A DNA stretch of 64,000 nt from Candidatus Lustribacter sp. (GTDB lineage: Bacteria; Vulcanimicrobiota; Vulcanimicrobiia; Vulcanimicrobiales; Vulcanimicrobiaceae): contig OZ255842.1 of NCBI GenBank assembly GCA_965277805.1, forward strand, positions 4,160,001 to 4,224,000. Reading direction: 5' to 3'. This document shows positions 15,358 to 23,114 of this stretch, one piece after another. The position numbers and the translations under genes are program-made. The notes beneath the pieces were generated by a model. That model worked only from the letters and a program-made list of their open reading frames with translations. It had not been told where the DNA came from and did no database searches. Within the stretch, counting starts at the first letter, position 1. Each line of letters opens with the position of its first letter.

Positions 15358-15450
15358 CCGTTCGAGCGTGCGGCTCGCACGGTGCGATAGCGCGCTAACC
15401 ATCGCACGTGAACGCGCCGAATTGGGCTTCTGAACGGGTACACGTTGAGG

Positions 15451-15585
15451 ATGAACACCGAAAGTAAGCCGTCTCCTCCGCCCGAACCCGCAAAGCCGAA
15501 GCCGGAGATTCCCGGCGGCCCGGCCGCCACTCCCCCGACCCCGGAAGGGCGCGAAGCCGTTCTCGAGGAGGGGGAAGAGGCGTAG
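15451..15585 (+). CDS. Small Pro/Glu-rich hypothetical protein (44 aa)
   Basis: MNTESKPSPPPEPAKPKPEIPGGPAATPPTPEGREAVLEEGEEA*; fills the intergenic gap; GGGTAC lies 9 nt before the ATG. Confidence 0.55.
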   Translation: MNTESKPSPPPEPAKPKPEIPGGPAATPPTPEGREAVLEEGEEA

Positions 15586-15591
15586 CGTGCG

Positions 15592-16554
15592 TTAGCGCCT
15601 TCCGCTGCCGTTACCGTTGGAGCGCGTTTTGCGTTTCGTCGCCGTCGCTGACGACGGCGGCGCCGCCGGAGCTTCGCCGGAGATTTGTTCCGCCGTCACG
15701 CGGCTGGTCGGGTTCATTTCACCTTCCGGTACCGGACCTTCGGCGCTAGCGCACGAGGGCTTCGGATCCGGCAACTCGGGCTCGTCGCCGCCCGCATGCG
15801 GCTGGCTGATTTCAAAGGCCCAGAGTCCTTGCGAATTGACGAGGTCGAAACCGGGCGTCGCTTCGCTATCATCACCGGACTCATTGAAGTAGGCGTGCGT
15901 GAAGCGCTCGTCGGGTGGAACGTTTGAAGACGGGAAGTTATTCGCGATCGACGCCAAGGCCGACTCGAACATCTTTTGGTGCGCGACTTCGCGCGTCATG
16001 AGAAACGTTAGCGCGTCCGCAGCGCCCGGATCGGGGCACAGCTTGATCAGCCGGTCGTAGACGACTTTTGCGCGCGCTTCGGCAGCGATGTCGGAACGCA
16101 GGTCGGCGAGCGGATGTCCGATGCTGTCGATGTACGCCGCAGTCCACGGCGCCCCCATCGAATCGGTAAGACGGAGGCCGGCACCACCGGTCAAGACCGG
16201 GACCTGCGAGTTCCACGCGATTTCTTCGTATTTTTCTTGTTTGCCCTCAAGCAAATCTCCGAGGTACGATCCCTCGACCTCATCGATGAGCGCTCCGGCG
16301 CCTTTGGCTCCCTTGAGAAACCCGGAGATGAGCTGCCCGATCATCTCGAGATGGGAGAGTTCCTCGGTGGCAATGTCGAGCAACATATCCCGGCGCGCGA
16401 CGTCGCTTTCACCCCAGCCTTGCGTGAAGTAGCGCATCGCCGCTCCGAGCTCGCCGTTGGGACCGCCGAACTGTTCGAGGCAAAGCTTCGCGAATGCGAC
16501 ATTCGGAGCGTCCACGTGGACGGTGTATTGCAGTTTCTTATTGTGGACGAACAT
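15592..16554 (-). CDS. Manganese catalase family protein with low-complexity basic C-terminal tail
   Basis: MFVHNKKLQYTV, EQFGGPNGEL, DIATEELSHLEM, DIAAEARA, REVAHQKMF; GAGG upstream of ATG 16554. Confidence 0.93.
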   Translation of the reverse strand: MFVHNKKLQYTVHVDAPNVAFAKLCLEQFGGPNGELGAAMRYFTQGWGESDVARRDMLLDIATEELSHLEMIGQLISGFLKGAKGAGALIDEVEGSYLGDLLEGKQEKYEEIAWNSQVPVLTGGAGLRLTDSMGAPWTAAYIDSIGHPLADLRSDIAAEARAKVVYDRLIKLCPDPGAADALTFLMTREVAHQKMFESALASIANNFPSSNVPPDERFTHAYFNESGDDSEATPGFDLVNSQGLWAFEISQPHAGGDEPELPDPKPSCASAEGPVPEGEMNPTSRVTAEQISGEAPAAPPSSATATKRKTRSNGNGSGRR

Positions 16555-16602
16555 ATTGTTTCTAGAGATCTTCCTCACGGGAGTAGAGTGCGGGTATGCG
16601 CT

Positions 16603-16628
16603 TTGCCCGGAGCGTCAACGCACAAAAC
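16603..16628 (-). promoter_or_regulatory. Putative SigB/SigF-type promoter of Mn-catalase
   Basis: GTTT-N16-GGGCAA. Confidence 0.65.
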
Positions 16629-16644
16629 AAATTCGATGAAACAC

Positions 16645-16677
16645 AAAAAAAGGCGGACGCCGTAGCCTCCGCCTTTT
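16645..16677 (-). terminator. Rho-independent terminator after the hemerythrin gene
   Basis: Minus strand AAAAGGCGGA-loop-TCCGCC followed by T7, just after the stop at 16682. Confidence 0.85.
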
Positions 16678-16681
16678 CATC

Positions 16682-17269
16682 TCATCGCCGCGCCGTCGAT
16701 TTTCGTTTGACGGGCGCCGGCGTCGTGCGCTTCTTTCGATGGGCGCCGGATCCGGCTAATGCTCGCTCCTTGAAGCGCAGCATTTCGGCGCCGAGCGCTT
16801 GCAATTTGTCGCCGAGCACTTTGCGCGCCTCATCGAAGATCTCCGATTCCTCTTCCTTGACGTGGTGCTCGACCAGCTCTTTGAGAACGGTGACCTTCGC
16901 CTCCATCGTTTCGTCGCGCCCCTGAATGCGTTTGATCTTTGCAATTAGTTCCTTGACGCAAGCATGCTCTTCATGAGCCTCTAGGACGCTATCCTTTTCT
17001 TTTTGCTTCCCCGCCTTACGGAGGGCCGGATAGAAGAACTTCTCTTCCATGTTGGCATGCACGGTGAGCGCCACGCACACCTTGGCGATGGCAGCCCTTT
17101 TGGCAGCCGCTGAAGCAGAGTCATCGAGTGCCGCCTTGAAGAGCGCCGCCGCTTCTTCATGATCGCTATGAATGAGCTCGAGGGCATCCGGTGCTTGCGC
17201 CCCACCGTCGCCGTTCGCACTTCGCACTTGACGAACCAGATCGCTGACAAGATTCACGAGCAACCTCAT
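16682..17269 (-). CDS. Hemerythrin (HHE) domain protein with basic C-terminal tail
   Basis: DALELIHSDH, LTVHANMEEKFFYP, EAHEEH, LVEHHVKEEE. Confidence 0.9.
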   Translation of the reverse strand: MRLLVNLVSDLVRQVRSANGDGGAQAPDALELIHSDHEEAAALFKAALDDSASAAAKRAAIAKVCVALTVHANMEEKFFYPALRKAGKQKEKDSVLEAHEEHACVKELIAKIKRIQGRDETMEAKVTVLKELVEHHVKEEESEIFDEARKVLGDKLQALGAEMLRFKERALAGSGAHRKKRTTPAPVKRKSTARR

Positions 17270-17278
17270 TTAAAATAG

Positions 17279-17315
17279 TTGCCCGGCAGGTACCCGACGC
17301 TAAATCGGCCTAAAC
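17279..17315 (-). promoter_or_regulatory. Tandem putative SigB/SigF-type promoters of the hemerythrin gene
   Basis: GTTT-N16-GGGTAC plus an overlapping ATTT-N17-GGGCAA-N9-ATG. Confidence 0.65.
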
Positions 17316-17510
17316 GCCTTCGCTTATTTGTGGCAAAGAACGCGATCTGCGCACCCGTTGCGGATACGGCGTGCGTTCCGTACGCGCGATGTCGATTACG
17401 GCGCTGAGGCATCGTGCACGGTCGCGGTCGCACGCGCACCGTTCGCACCCGGTCGTCCGGCCGTGCGCTTCGAAGCTGTGCCCACACGGGCAGATCATGA
17501 GAAAGTCCAT
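17310..17510 (-). CDS. Small Cys/His-rich hypothetical protein (66 aa), possible metal binder
   Basis: CPCGH...H...CERCAC...C; co-oriented with neighbours. Confidence 0.5.
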   Translation of the reverse strand: MDFLMICPCGHSFEAHGRTTGCERCACDRDRARCLSAVIDIARTERTPYPQRVRRSRSLPQISEGV

Positions 17511-17566
17511 AGATCAACGGTAATCGTCCCTGCGATGCGTCGCAGTACGATACCGTGCACACGCGA

Positions 17567-17755
17567 CTACATCTTCAAGAGTTCGATATAATCGATATCT
17601 TCGGGTTTGTCGATCGACGTTTGCGAGCTGCCTGCGTCGACTTGATAGCCGGAATCCGCCGGTCGTAAGAATCCCTGGAAGATCGCTCCAGATTCAAGAT
17701 ACACGGCGACGCATTTGCCGACGAACGGCGAGATCTCGTCCGGTTTCATCGCCAT
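17567..17755 (-). CDS. Small hypothetical protein (62 aa), possible Sm/LSm-like or SH3-like beta-barrel
   Basis: TAATG stop/start overlap with the DUF4142 gene; VGKCVAVYLESGAIFQGFL resembles the Sm1 pattern. Confidence 0.6.
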   Translation of the reverse strand: MAMKPDEISPFVGKCVAVYLESGAIFQGFLRPADSGYQVDAGSSQTSIDKPEDIDYIELLKM

Positions 17756-18273
17756 TACATGCCGCCATGACGGGAGCCGTCGATCATCGCCAGATGGCTT
17801 TGGATCGTCGGCAAGGTGTTGCGCGCGAAGGCAACCAGGCGCCGGTCACTGCCGGTCGCTATTTCCTTTTGGAACAGCGCGATCGTCATTTCGTGAGCAG
17901 TCGCCTGACCCTTGAGATACGACGAGGCAAACGCAGCGCCGGCGAGCGACCGCTGTCTCGCCATCATGGCTTGATCGGCGGGCGCGGGCGTGGCCGGAAG
18001 CATGATGCCTTCGGCGAGCGCGATCGCTTCCAATTTTGCGTTGGCAAGCGAATGATCGGTGACCATGCGCTGCGCGATCGCGTGGACGTTCGCGTTCGTC
18101 GACTTTCGGAGTGCGAGTTTGCCGTCCGCCACTTCGGCCATTCCGCCTTGCGCGGCTTTCATTGCGAAGGTCGTGTCCGCCATCGACGGGGCCGCGACGG
18201 CCGGCGCGTACACTGCTACACCGAAGCACACGGCGGCGGCCGTGATCGTGCCGAGAAGTACTTTATTATTCAT
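17755..18273 (-). CDS. DUF4142 family secreted ferritin-like protein
   Basis: Signal peptide; FAMKAAQGGMAEV, AQRMVTDHSLAN, TLPTIQSHL. Confidence 0.88.
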   Translation of the reverse strand: MNNKVLLGTITAAAVCFGVAVYAPAVAAPSMADTTFAMKAAQGGMAEVADGKLALRKSTNANVHAIAQRMVTDHSLANAKLEAIALAEGIMLPATPAPADQAMMARQRSLAGAAFASSYLKGQATAHEMTIALFQKEIATGSDRRLVAFARNTLPTIQSHLAMIDGSRHGGM

Positions 18274-19009
18274 GCTGCCCGTGTTCCGCGGGAACTTCGT
18301 CGATAAACTTCGCTCCCGCGTGTGCGACGAGTTCGCGCAACGTTTTCGTCTCGAGCGCGTGCGCAAAGTCGAGCGGCCGATCGAACGTCGCGGCCGATTC
18401 CGCGAGGTCTGATTCCGGCGAACCTCCGCTGCGCAAGGCAATCGCGGGCACTCCCGCCGCGTGCGCCGCCTCGATATCATAGCGCGTATCGCCGAGCATT
18501 ACGGCGTTGACGAGCCGCGACCGCGCGGCAAGCAGTGCCGCGTGGACGATATCCGGAGCCGGCTTGGATTGCTCGGCGTCATTAGCCGTCGCTCGCGCAT
18601 CGATCAGATCGGCGACTTCGGCGATTTTAAGCAGCGCATCGACCTGATCGTTACTCGCGGAGGTCGCGATGACGCACCGTACGCTTTGGCGCTTCAGTGC
18701 AAGCAGCAAATCGCGCGCGCCGTCCGTCGGACGAATCGACGCGAGATAGCGCTCCTTGAAAATCTCGCCCTCGCGGCGCGCCGCGGTTTTGCCGGGCTCG
18801 CGCGTCGCCGCGAGAGCGGGGGAGAGCCGGGGAAGCAACTGATCGGCGCCCATCCCGATCAGGGACCGTACGCTGGCGAACGATCGGGCCACGCCGATTT
18901 CGGCAAGCGCCTCGACCCAGGCGTGCGCGTGCGCGTCGTTACTGTCGACCAGCGTCCCATCGACGTCGAGCAGAATAGTATCTATGACAGGGCGGTAGAC
19001 GCGCAGCAT
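18266..19009 (-). CDS. HAD-superfamily hydrolase/phosphatase
   Basis: LLDVDGTLVDSN, IATSA, KPAPD, GDTRYD. Confidence 0.92.
   Translation of the reverse strand: MLRVYRPVIDTILLDVDGTLVDSNDAHAHAWVEALAEIGVARSFASVRSLIGMGADQLLPRLSPALAATREPGKTAARREGEIFKERYLASIRPTDGARDLLLALKRQSVRCVIATSASNDQVDALLKIAEVADLIDARATANDAEQSKPAPDIVHAALLAARSRLVNAVMLGDTRYDIEAAHAAGVPAIALRSGGSPESDLAESAATFDRPLDFAHALETKTLRELVAHAGAKFIDEVPAEHGQHE
18283..18308 (-). promoter_or_regulatory. Putative SigB/SigF-type promoter of the DUF4142 gene, inside the HAD 3' end
   Basis: GTTT-N16-CGGAAC-N9-ATG. Confidence 0.55.
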
Positions 19010-19021
19010 CGCGTGCCGCGT

Positions 19022-19048
19022 TTGCCCCGGAATATGAGCCCGCGAAAC
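19022..19048 (-). promoter_or_regulatory. Putative SigB/SigF-type promoter of the HAD gene
   Basis: GTTT-N17-GGGCAA-N12-ATG. Confidence 0.6.
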
Positions 19049-19073
19049 ATATTCGGCCGAAAGCAGATTTGAG

Positions 19074-19113
19074 TTAGCAAAATATTGACGACAGTGCTAG
19101 GCACCGTTAAAAT
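19074..19113 (+). promoter_or_regulatory. Sigma70/SigA promoter overlapped by a degenerate CIRCE-like element, upstream of hsp20
   Basis: TTGACG(19085)-N17-TAAAAT(19108); TTAGCAAAA-N9-CAGTGCTAG (19074-19100) versus CIRCE TTAGCACTC-N9-GAGTGCTAA. Confidence 0.6.
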
Positions 19114-19328
19114 ATTGCCGTGAGCCGGCCCTATGGCCGCTCCGGAGGCAAGAATGACGACGCCATTCGCTGTGGATGCGCCGCATCTGCAGCCAACATA
19201 CGTCGCCCGTGCCCGCGCGGCGCGCGACGTCTCGATCAACGATTATTCGTGGGCCGCGAGCCCGCATATTTACCACAATTACGTCTTTTCGCAGACTTCA
19301 CCATGCCGGGAAGGAGCATCGATTTCCA

Positions 19329-19742
19329 ATGTCTGCAGAACTCTCGAACGACAACCGCAATACGAATAATTTCGCGTCCAACGGCGCAGCGGTAGCGTAT
19401 AGCCCGTTACGTGAAATGCTCGGCTACGATCCGTTTCGCCGATTTTTTTCAAATGTCGACCCGCAAATCGACGTCATCCGGACGGACGCCGGCTTCGAGG
19501 TGGAAATCCCGGTCCCCGGGTTCAAGAACGAGCAGATCGAGCTCGTCGTCAAAGAAAACGTGCTCACCTTAACTGCAAAGAGCGACCGGCGCGCGTTCAC
19601 GCGCTCGCTCAAATTGCCCGATGACGTCGACGCCCAGAATATCGAAGCGAGCGTTGACAACGGACTGCTCACGCTCGTGCTCAAGCGGCACCCCGACGCG
19701 CAGCCGCGGCGCATCGAGATTAAGGCCCGCGGCCAATCGTAA
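19329..19742 (+). CDS. Small heat-shock protein Hsp20/alpha-crystallin
   Basis: AAGGAG upstream of ATG; EIPVPGF, FTRSLKLP, ASVDNGLLTL, RRIEI (IXI motif). Confidence 0.93.
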   Translation: MSAELSNDNRNTNNFASNGAAVAYSPLREMLGYDPFRRFFSNVDPQIDVIRTDAGFEVEIPVPGFKNEQIELVVKENVLTLTAKSDRRAFTRSLKLPDDVDAQNIEASVDNGLLTLVLKRHPDAQPRRIEIKARGQS

Positions 19743-20775
19743 ATCGCACGCGAGAAATTTTCGCGTCAGCCGCGCCGTAGTACACATCGATTGCATCCGG
19801 GGCGACCTCGTCGATACCGGTCGGAAAGACGACGTCGTTGACCGTTCCAAACCGTTCCGCTAGGGTTTCGGGGACGAGTACCGGCACGGGCGAGCGGTAC
19901 ACGATGCGATGCGGGATGTGGATGTCGTTGATGAGGATGCCGGCGCTGTACAGAAGCGAAGGGCCGGCCGGGCCGTCGACGGCATCCACGCCGTGAAACA
20001 CCGAGAGCCATCCGAGCCTCGTGCGAATCGGCGGGGTGCCGGCCCCGTTTTTGAGCCGGCCCCATTCCGTGCCGGGCTCCAACACGCGGACGCTTTCAGC
20101 CGGCCGGCACAACATCGTCAAGTCGCGTTTCACCGCCTCGACCGGGATGTAGGCGAGGCAGGCCGCTTCGCGCTCTTCCGGCGGCAGCGACAAGATGACC
20201 GGGATCGGCGTCTGTCCGTTGATCGTTTCAGGCCGCATCGGCCGGTGAAAGAATGCGAATGATGGAACGCCGGCAGGTGAACGTACCGGATCCGGAAAGA
20301 AGGCCGCGTCTTTGTTGTCGACGTCGTTGAGCGCGTCGCCCGGAAACCGCACTAGGCCGAGCCTCGTCCAGTCATACGCATCGGCCGAAATCGCGAGCGC
20401 GATGCGTGCGCCGCGTGGGCCGAATGCGGTATAGGCCATGACGTAATGGCCGATGTCGGGCACAAAGGTCACGCGCGCGTCTTCGCAACCGTGACCGGCG
20501 GGCACCGAACGTTGCTCGTACTCCGCTTCGGGTTCGAGCACGATTCCGAGGCGCTCGATTCTTCCGCCGCCATCCATCCGAGCCAACCCGATACGTGAGA
20601 CGTTGCCTTTGGCAACCATGCGCGGAAAAAGCAGCAGATTGCCCGAGCGGTCGCGCGCCGTTCCCGGATTGAGCACGCCCTCGAGTTCGAGCGGAGAGCC
20701 GTCCGGCGACATCACGACCCCGAGACGCTCACTCGACAGCGCTAACGTTCCCGCCAAGACTTCGGGAGAGAGCAC
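19720..20775 (-). CDS. GH130-like glycosidase/phosphorylase (five-bladed propeller)
   Basis: GVLNPG, CEDARV, NKDAAFFP, HRP, VVFPTG, YYGAAD. Confidence 0.85.
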   Translation of the reverse strand: MLSPEVLAGTLALSSERLGVVMSPDGSPLELEGVLNPGTARDRSGNLLLFPRMVAKGNVSRIGLARMDGGGRIERLGIVLEPEAEYEQRSVPAGHGCEDARVTFVPDIGHYVMAYTAFGPRGARIALAISADAYDWTRLGLVRFPGDALNDVDNKDAAFFPDPVRSPAGVPSFAFFHRPMRPETINGQTPIPVILSLPPEEREAACLAYIPVEAVKRDLTMLCRPAESVRVLEPGTEWGRLKNGAGTPPIRTRLGWLSVFHGVDAVDGPAGPSLLYSAGILINDIHIPHRIVYRSPVPVLVPETLAERFGTVNDVVFPTGIDEVAPDAIDVYYGAADAKISRVRFTIGRGP

Positions 20776-20778
20776 CTA

Positions 20779-23025
20779 TCAGTGCTCGCCGGCCGCGGCC
20801 ATGGGTCCGACAACCAGCGAGCCGTCCGAAGGCTCCGCGCAGTGGATCGCGACCGTCTGACCGCCACGCAGCGCAAACGTCGCATGACCGTCCGCCGACA
20901 GCTTGCCATGGACCGGAACCGACACGCTGCCGGCCTCCACGGTAACCGTTATGGAGCGCGCTATGCCGGCAACGTCCGCTGGTCCGACCCGAAGCTCGCA
21001 GCTTCCCCGGGGGTCGCCGCCGACGCGCCAGCTGCCGCCGTCACGTGCCGGCACAAAGTCGAACATGGGGTAATTGCAAAATGCAATCATGCCCGTGCCC
21101 TCGAGAGCCTGGTAGTGTCTCGACGTCATGACGAACGGCAAGCCGGCACCGTAGATCTCCTGACCGACCTGTCCCGACTGTTCGCGGCCGTCTTGTAGAT
21201 CTTCGAGCGGCACGTTCAGCCCGCGCACGATGCGCCCGTTGCGCGGCTTTTCTGCGATGACATCGACCGGCAGGCTGTCGGGATAGTAATACCAGCAACG
21301 GTCGAGAGCGTACTTCTGGTACTCCGAGAGCAAGTATCTCAGCGCCGGCCGCAGATCGTCACCGCCGAGCGAGAGGTACTCGTGAAACTTTGCATGCGCT
21401 TCCAGTTCCTCGTAGGGCGCGATGTAGGGCGCGTCGCGTAACGGGAACAGGCCGAAGAACGTGCGGTAGTGACGCGCGTGTTCGTATTCGCACTGCCATA
21501 GCCACATGTTATCGAAGAGGTTGGCGAGACACGATTCGCTGAGCTCGAGATAGCGCGACTTCTTGGTCAGCTTCCACAAACGCAGCGCGGCTTCGGCAGC
21601 GAACCCGGTCGTATTCAACTGGTAGGCCAGATTGAAGGCTAACCCGTGGAGGCGCGAGACCGCGACTTCGGCTTCCCGGAGATATTCGGCATCGCCGAAC
21701 ATCTCGTGCGCATGGATCATCACGAGCCCGTAAAGACCGGCCACATCGGTCTCGCCGCCTTCGCCGGGCCGCGCTTCAGCTCGGATGACATCGATCGTTT
21801 TCAGATTGAAAAAGACGGGCCATCGGTAATCGAATCGATGAGCGACACGTATCAGGTAGGGCAGGCTCTTCTTGAAGGCGTCTTTCGCGCCCGCATCGCC
21901 GTCGAGCGCGATTCGAAACAGGTTGAACAACGCATGGTGTAAGTACCAGCTGTCCATCGCTTCGTGGTTCATGTTGTCTTCGGGCTGCGCGCCTTCGAAC
22001 GGCTCGCCGGGGAGCCAGCGAACGATCGAACCGATCTCCTCGTCATAGAAGGCCGTCGCGTTTTCGCGCAGTGTCTTCGACAACGCACTTACTTCGTTGC
22101 GCCACCCGTCGTATTCGCCGGCATTTACCGCAAGGGTAAACTGCACCATGCTCTCCGGCGGCTTCGTTTCATCGCCGGCATAGGGCATGAGGTGACGGCG
22201 GCCCTGACGCACGTACGAACACAGCGGCGAGAACGACAGATCGCGTAACGCATCGCCGGCGCGCTGAGCCCAGTTGTGATATTGTGGTTCCGGCTTGTCG
22301 AGGAGCGCGTAGGTTGCGGCGAGCTGGTCGAGATAGAGCCCCGCGAGCGCTTCCGAGTGCGGCACGTCCGCAGTCAACGAAACGAAGGCATCGGAAACCA
22401 CGATGTCGCGGGCTTTCGGTAAAATGCAGCCGTCGCCGGAGGGCGGCGCATATCCCAATTCCGGGCCCGTACCGCCGACCGTGCCGGCCGGCGTACGCTT
22501 CGTTTCGGCCAGGTACTCGCTGAGTGCGCTAAAATTCTGATAGTAGAAAACGGAGAAGGGTGCGGGTTGGCGGGCGCTTGCGAACAGGATTCCGCTGCGC
22601 AGTCCACGCTGGCTCGTATGTATCGTAACATCGCTTGCGGCGGCGAACAGGTCGCGGGGCCATTCCGTGATCTGCATGTCTTGGGCCGGCATCAACGACG
22701 TCGTGCAGCGTACCGTGGCCGGCTCGTGCATTTCGATCTTCGCGCGGACGGGGCCGAGCGGCGTCGTAAATTCGCATCCGGCCGTTCCGTCTGCGTTCGA
22801 CGATGTCAGAACGTTGGAGATTTCGCTCGCGCCCGGACCGAGTCGAAGGTATGCGACTTCGGAACCCTTGAGGGACAGCGCTAACCAAACGTTGGAACGT
22901 CCCCGGGCCGCGCGGACGCTCACATTTCCGGCAGCGGCGATCGTACCCAAATCGACGGCCACTTCGAGGTCGCCCCGCAAACCGAGCGCCGACGCTGACA
23001 CTGGTGGCGAGGCGGTGGCGCTCAT
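20779..23025 (-). CDS. Hypothetical 748-aa protein; core suggests a six-hairpin (alpha/alpha)6 glycosidase-like fold
   Basis: Long ORF with normal composition ending 3 nt before the GH130 start; helical repeats such as GDAEYLREAEVAV and KSRYLELSESCL; fold is inference. Confidence 0.75.
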   Translation of the reverse strand: MSATASPPVSASALGLRGDLEVAVDLGTIAAAGNVSVRAARGRSNVWLALSLKGSEVAYLRLGPGASEISNVLTSSNADGTAGCEFTTPLGPVRAKIEMHEPATVRCTTSLMPAQDMQITEWPRDLFAAASDVTIHTSQRGLRSGILFASARQPAPFSVFYYQNFSALSEYLAETKRTPAGTVGGTGPELGYAPPSGDGCILPKARDIVVSDAFVSLTADVPHSEALAGLYLDQLAATYALLDKPEPQYHNWAQRAGDALRDLSFSPLCSYVRQGRRHLMPYAGDETKPPESMVQFTLAVNAGEYDGWRNEVSALSKTLRENATAFYDEEIGSIVRWLPGEPFEGAQPEDNMNHEAMDSWYLHHALFNLFRIALDGDAGAKDAFKKSLPYLIRVAHRFDYRWPVFFNLKTIDVIRAEARPGEGGETDVAGLYGLVMIHAHEMFGDAEYLREAEVAVSRLHGLAFNLAYQLNTTGFAAEAALRLWKLTKKSRYLELSESCLANLFDNMWLWQCEYEHARHYRTFFGLFPLRDAPYIAPYEELEAHAKFHEYLSLGGDDLRPALRYLLSEYQKYALDRCWYYYPDSLPVDVIAEKPRNGRIVRGLNVPLEDLQDGREQSGQVGQEIYGAGLPFVMTSRHYQALEGTGMIAFCNYPMFDFVPARDGGSWRVGGDPRGSCELRVGPADVAGIARSITVTVEAGSVSVPVHGKLSADGHATFALRGGQTVAIHCAEPSDGSLVVGPMAAAGEH

Positions 23026-23034
23026 GATCGAATA

Positions 23035-23105
23035 TTCACCACGAACGTGCGCGCATAAACACGTTCGCAGTTTGAATTCGTTTCACGCGGCAGCAGCGGG
23101 GGCAC
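23035..23105. promoter_or_regulatory. Back-to-back divergent SigB/SigF-type promoters
   Basis: Minus: GTTT(23060-57)-N16-GGTGAA-N9-ATG(23025). Plus: GTTT(23080-83)-N16-GGGCAC-N9-GTG(23115). Confidence 0.65.
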
Positions 23106-23114
23106 GACGACCGC

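Noticed and set aside
16682-16760. Hemerythrin or catalase as encapsulin cargo
   Set aside because: No L-x-V/I-G-S-L-type targeting peptide and no encapsulin gene in the window.
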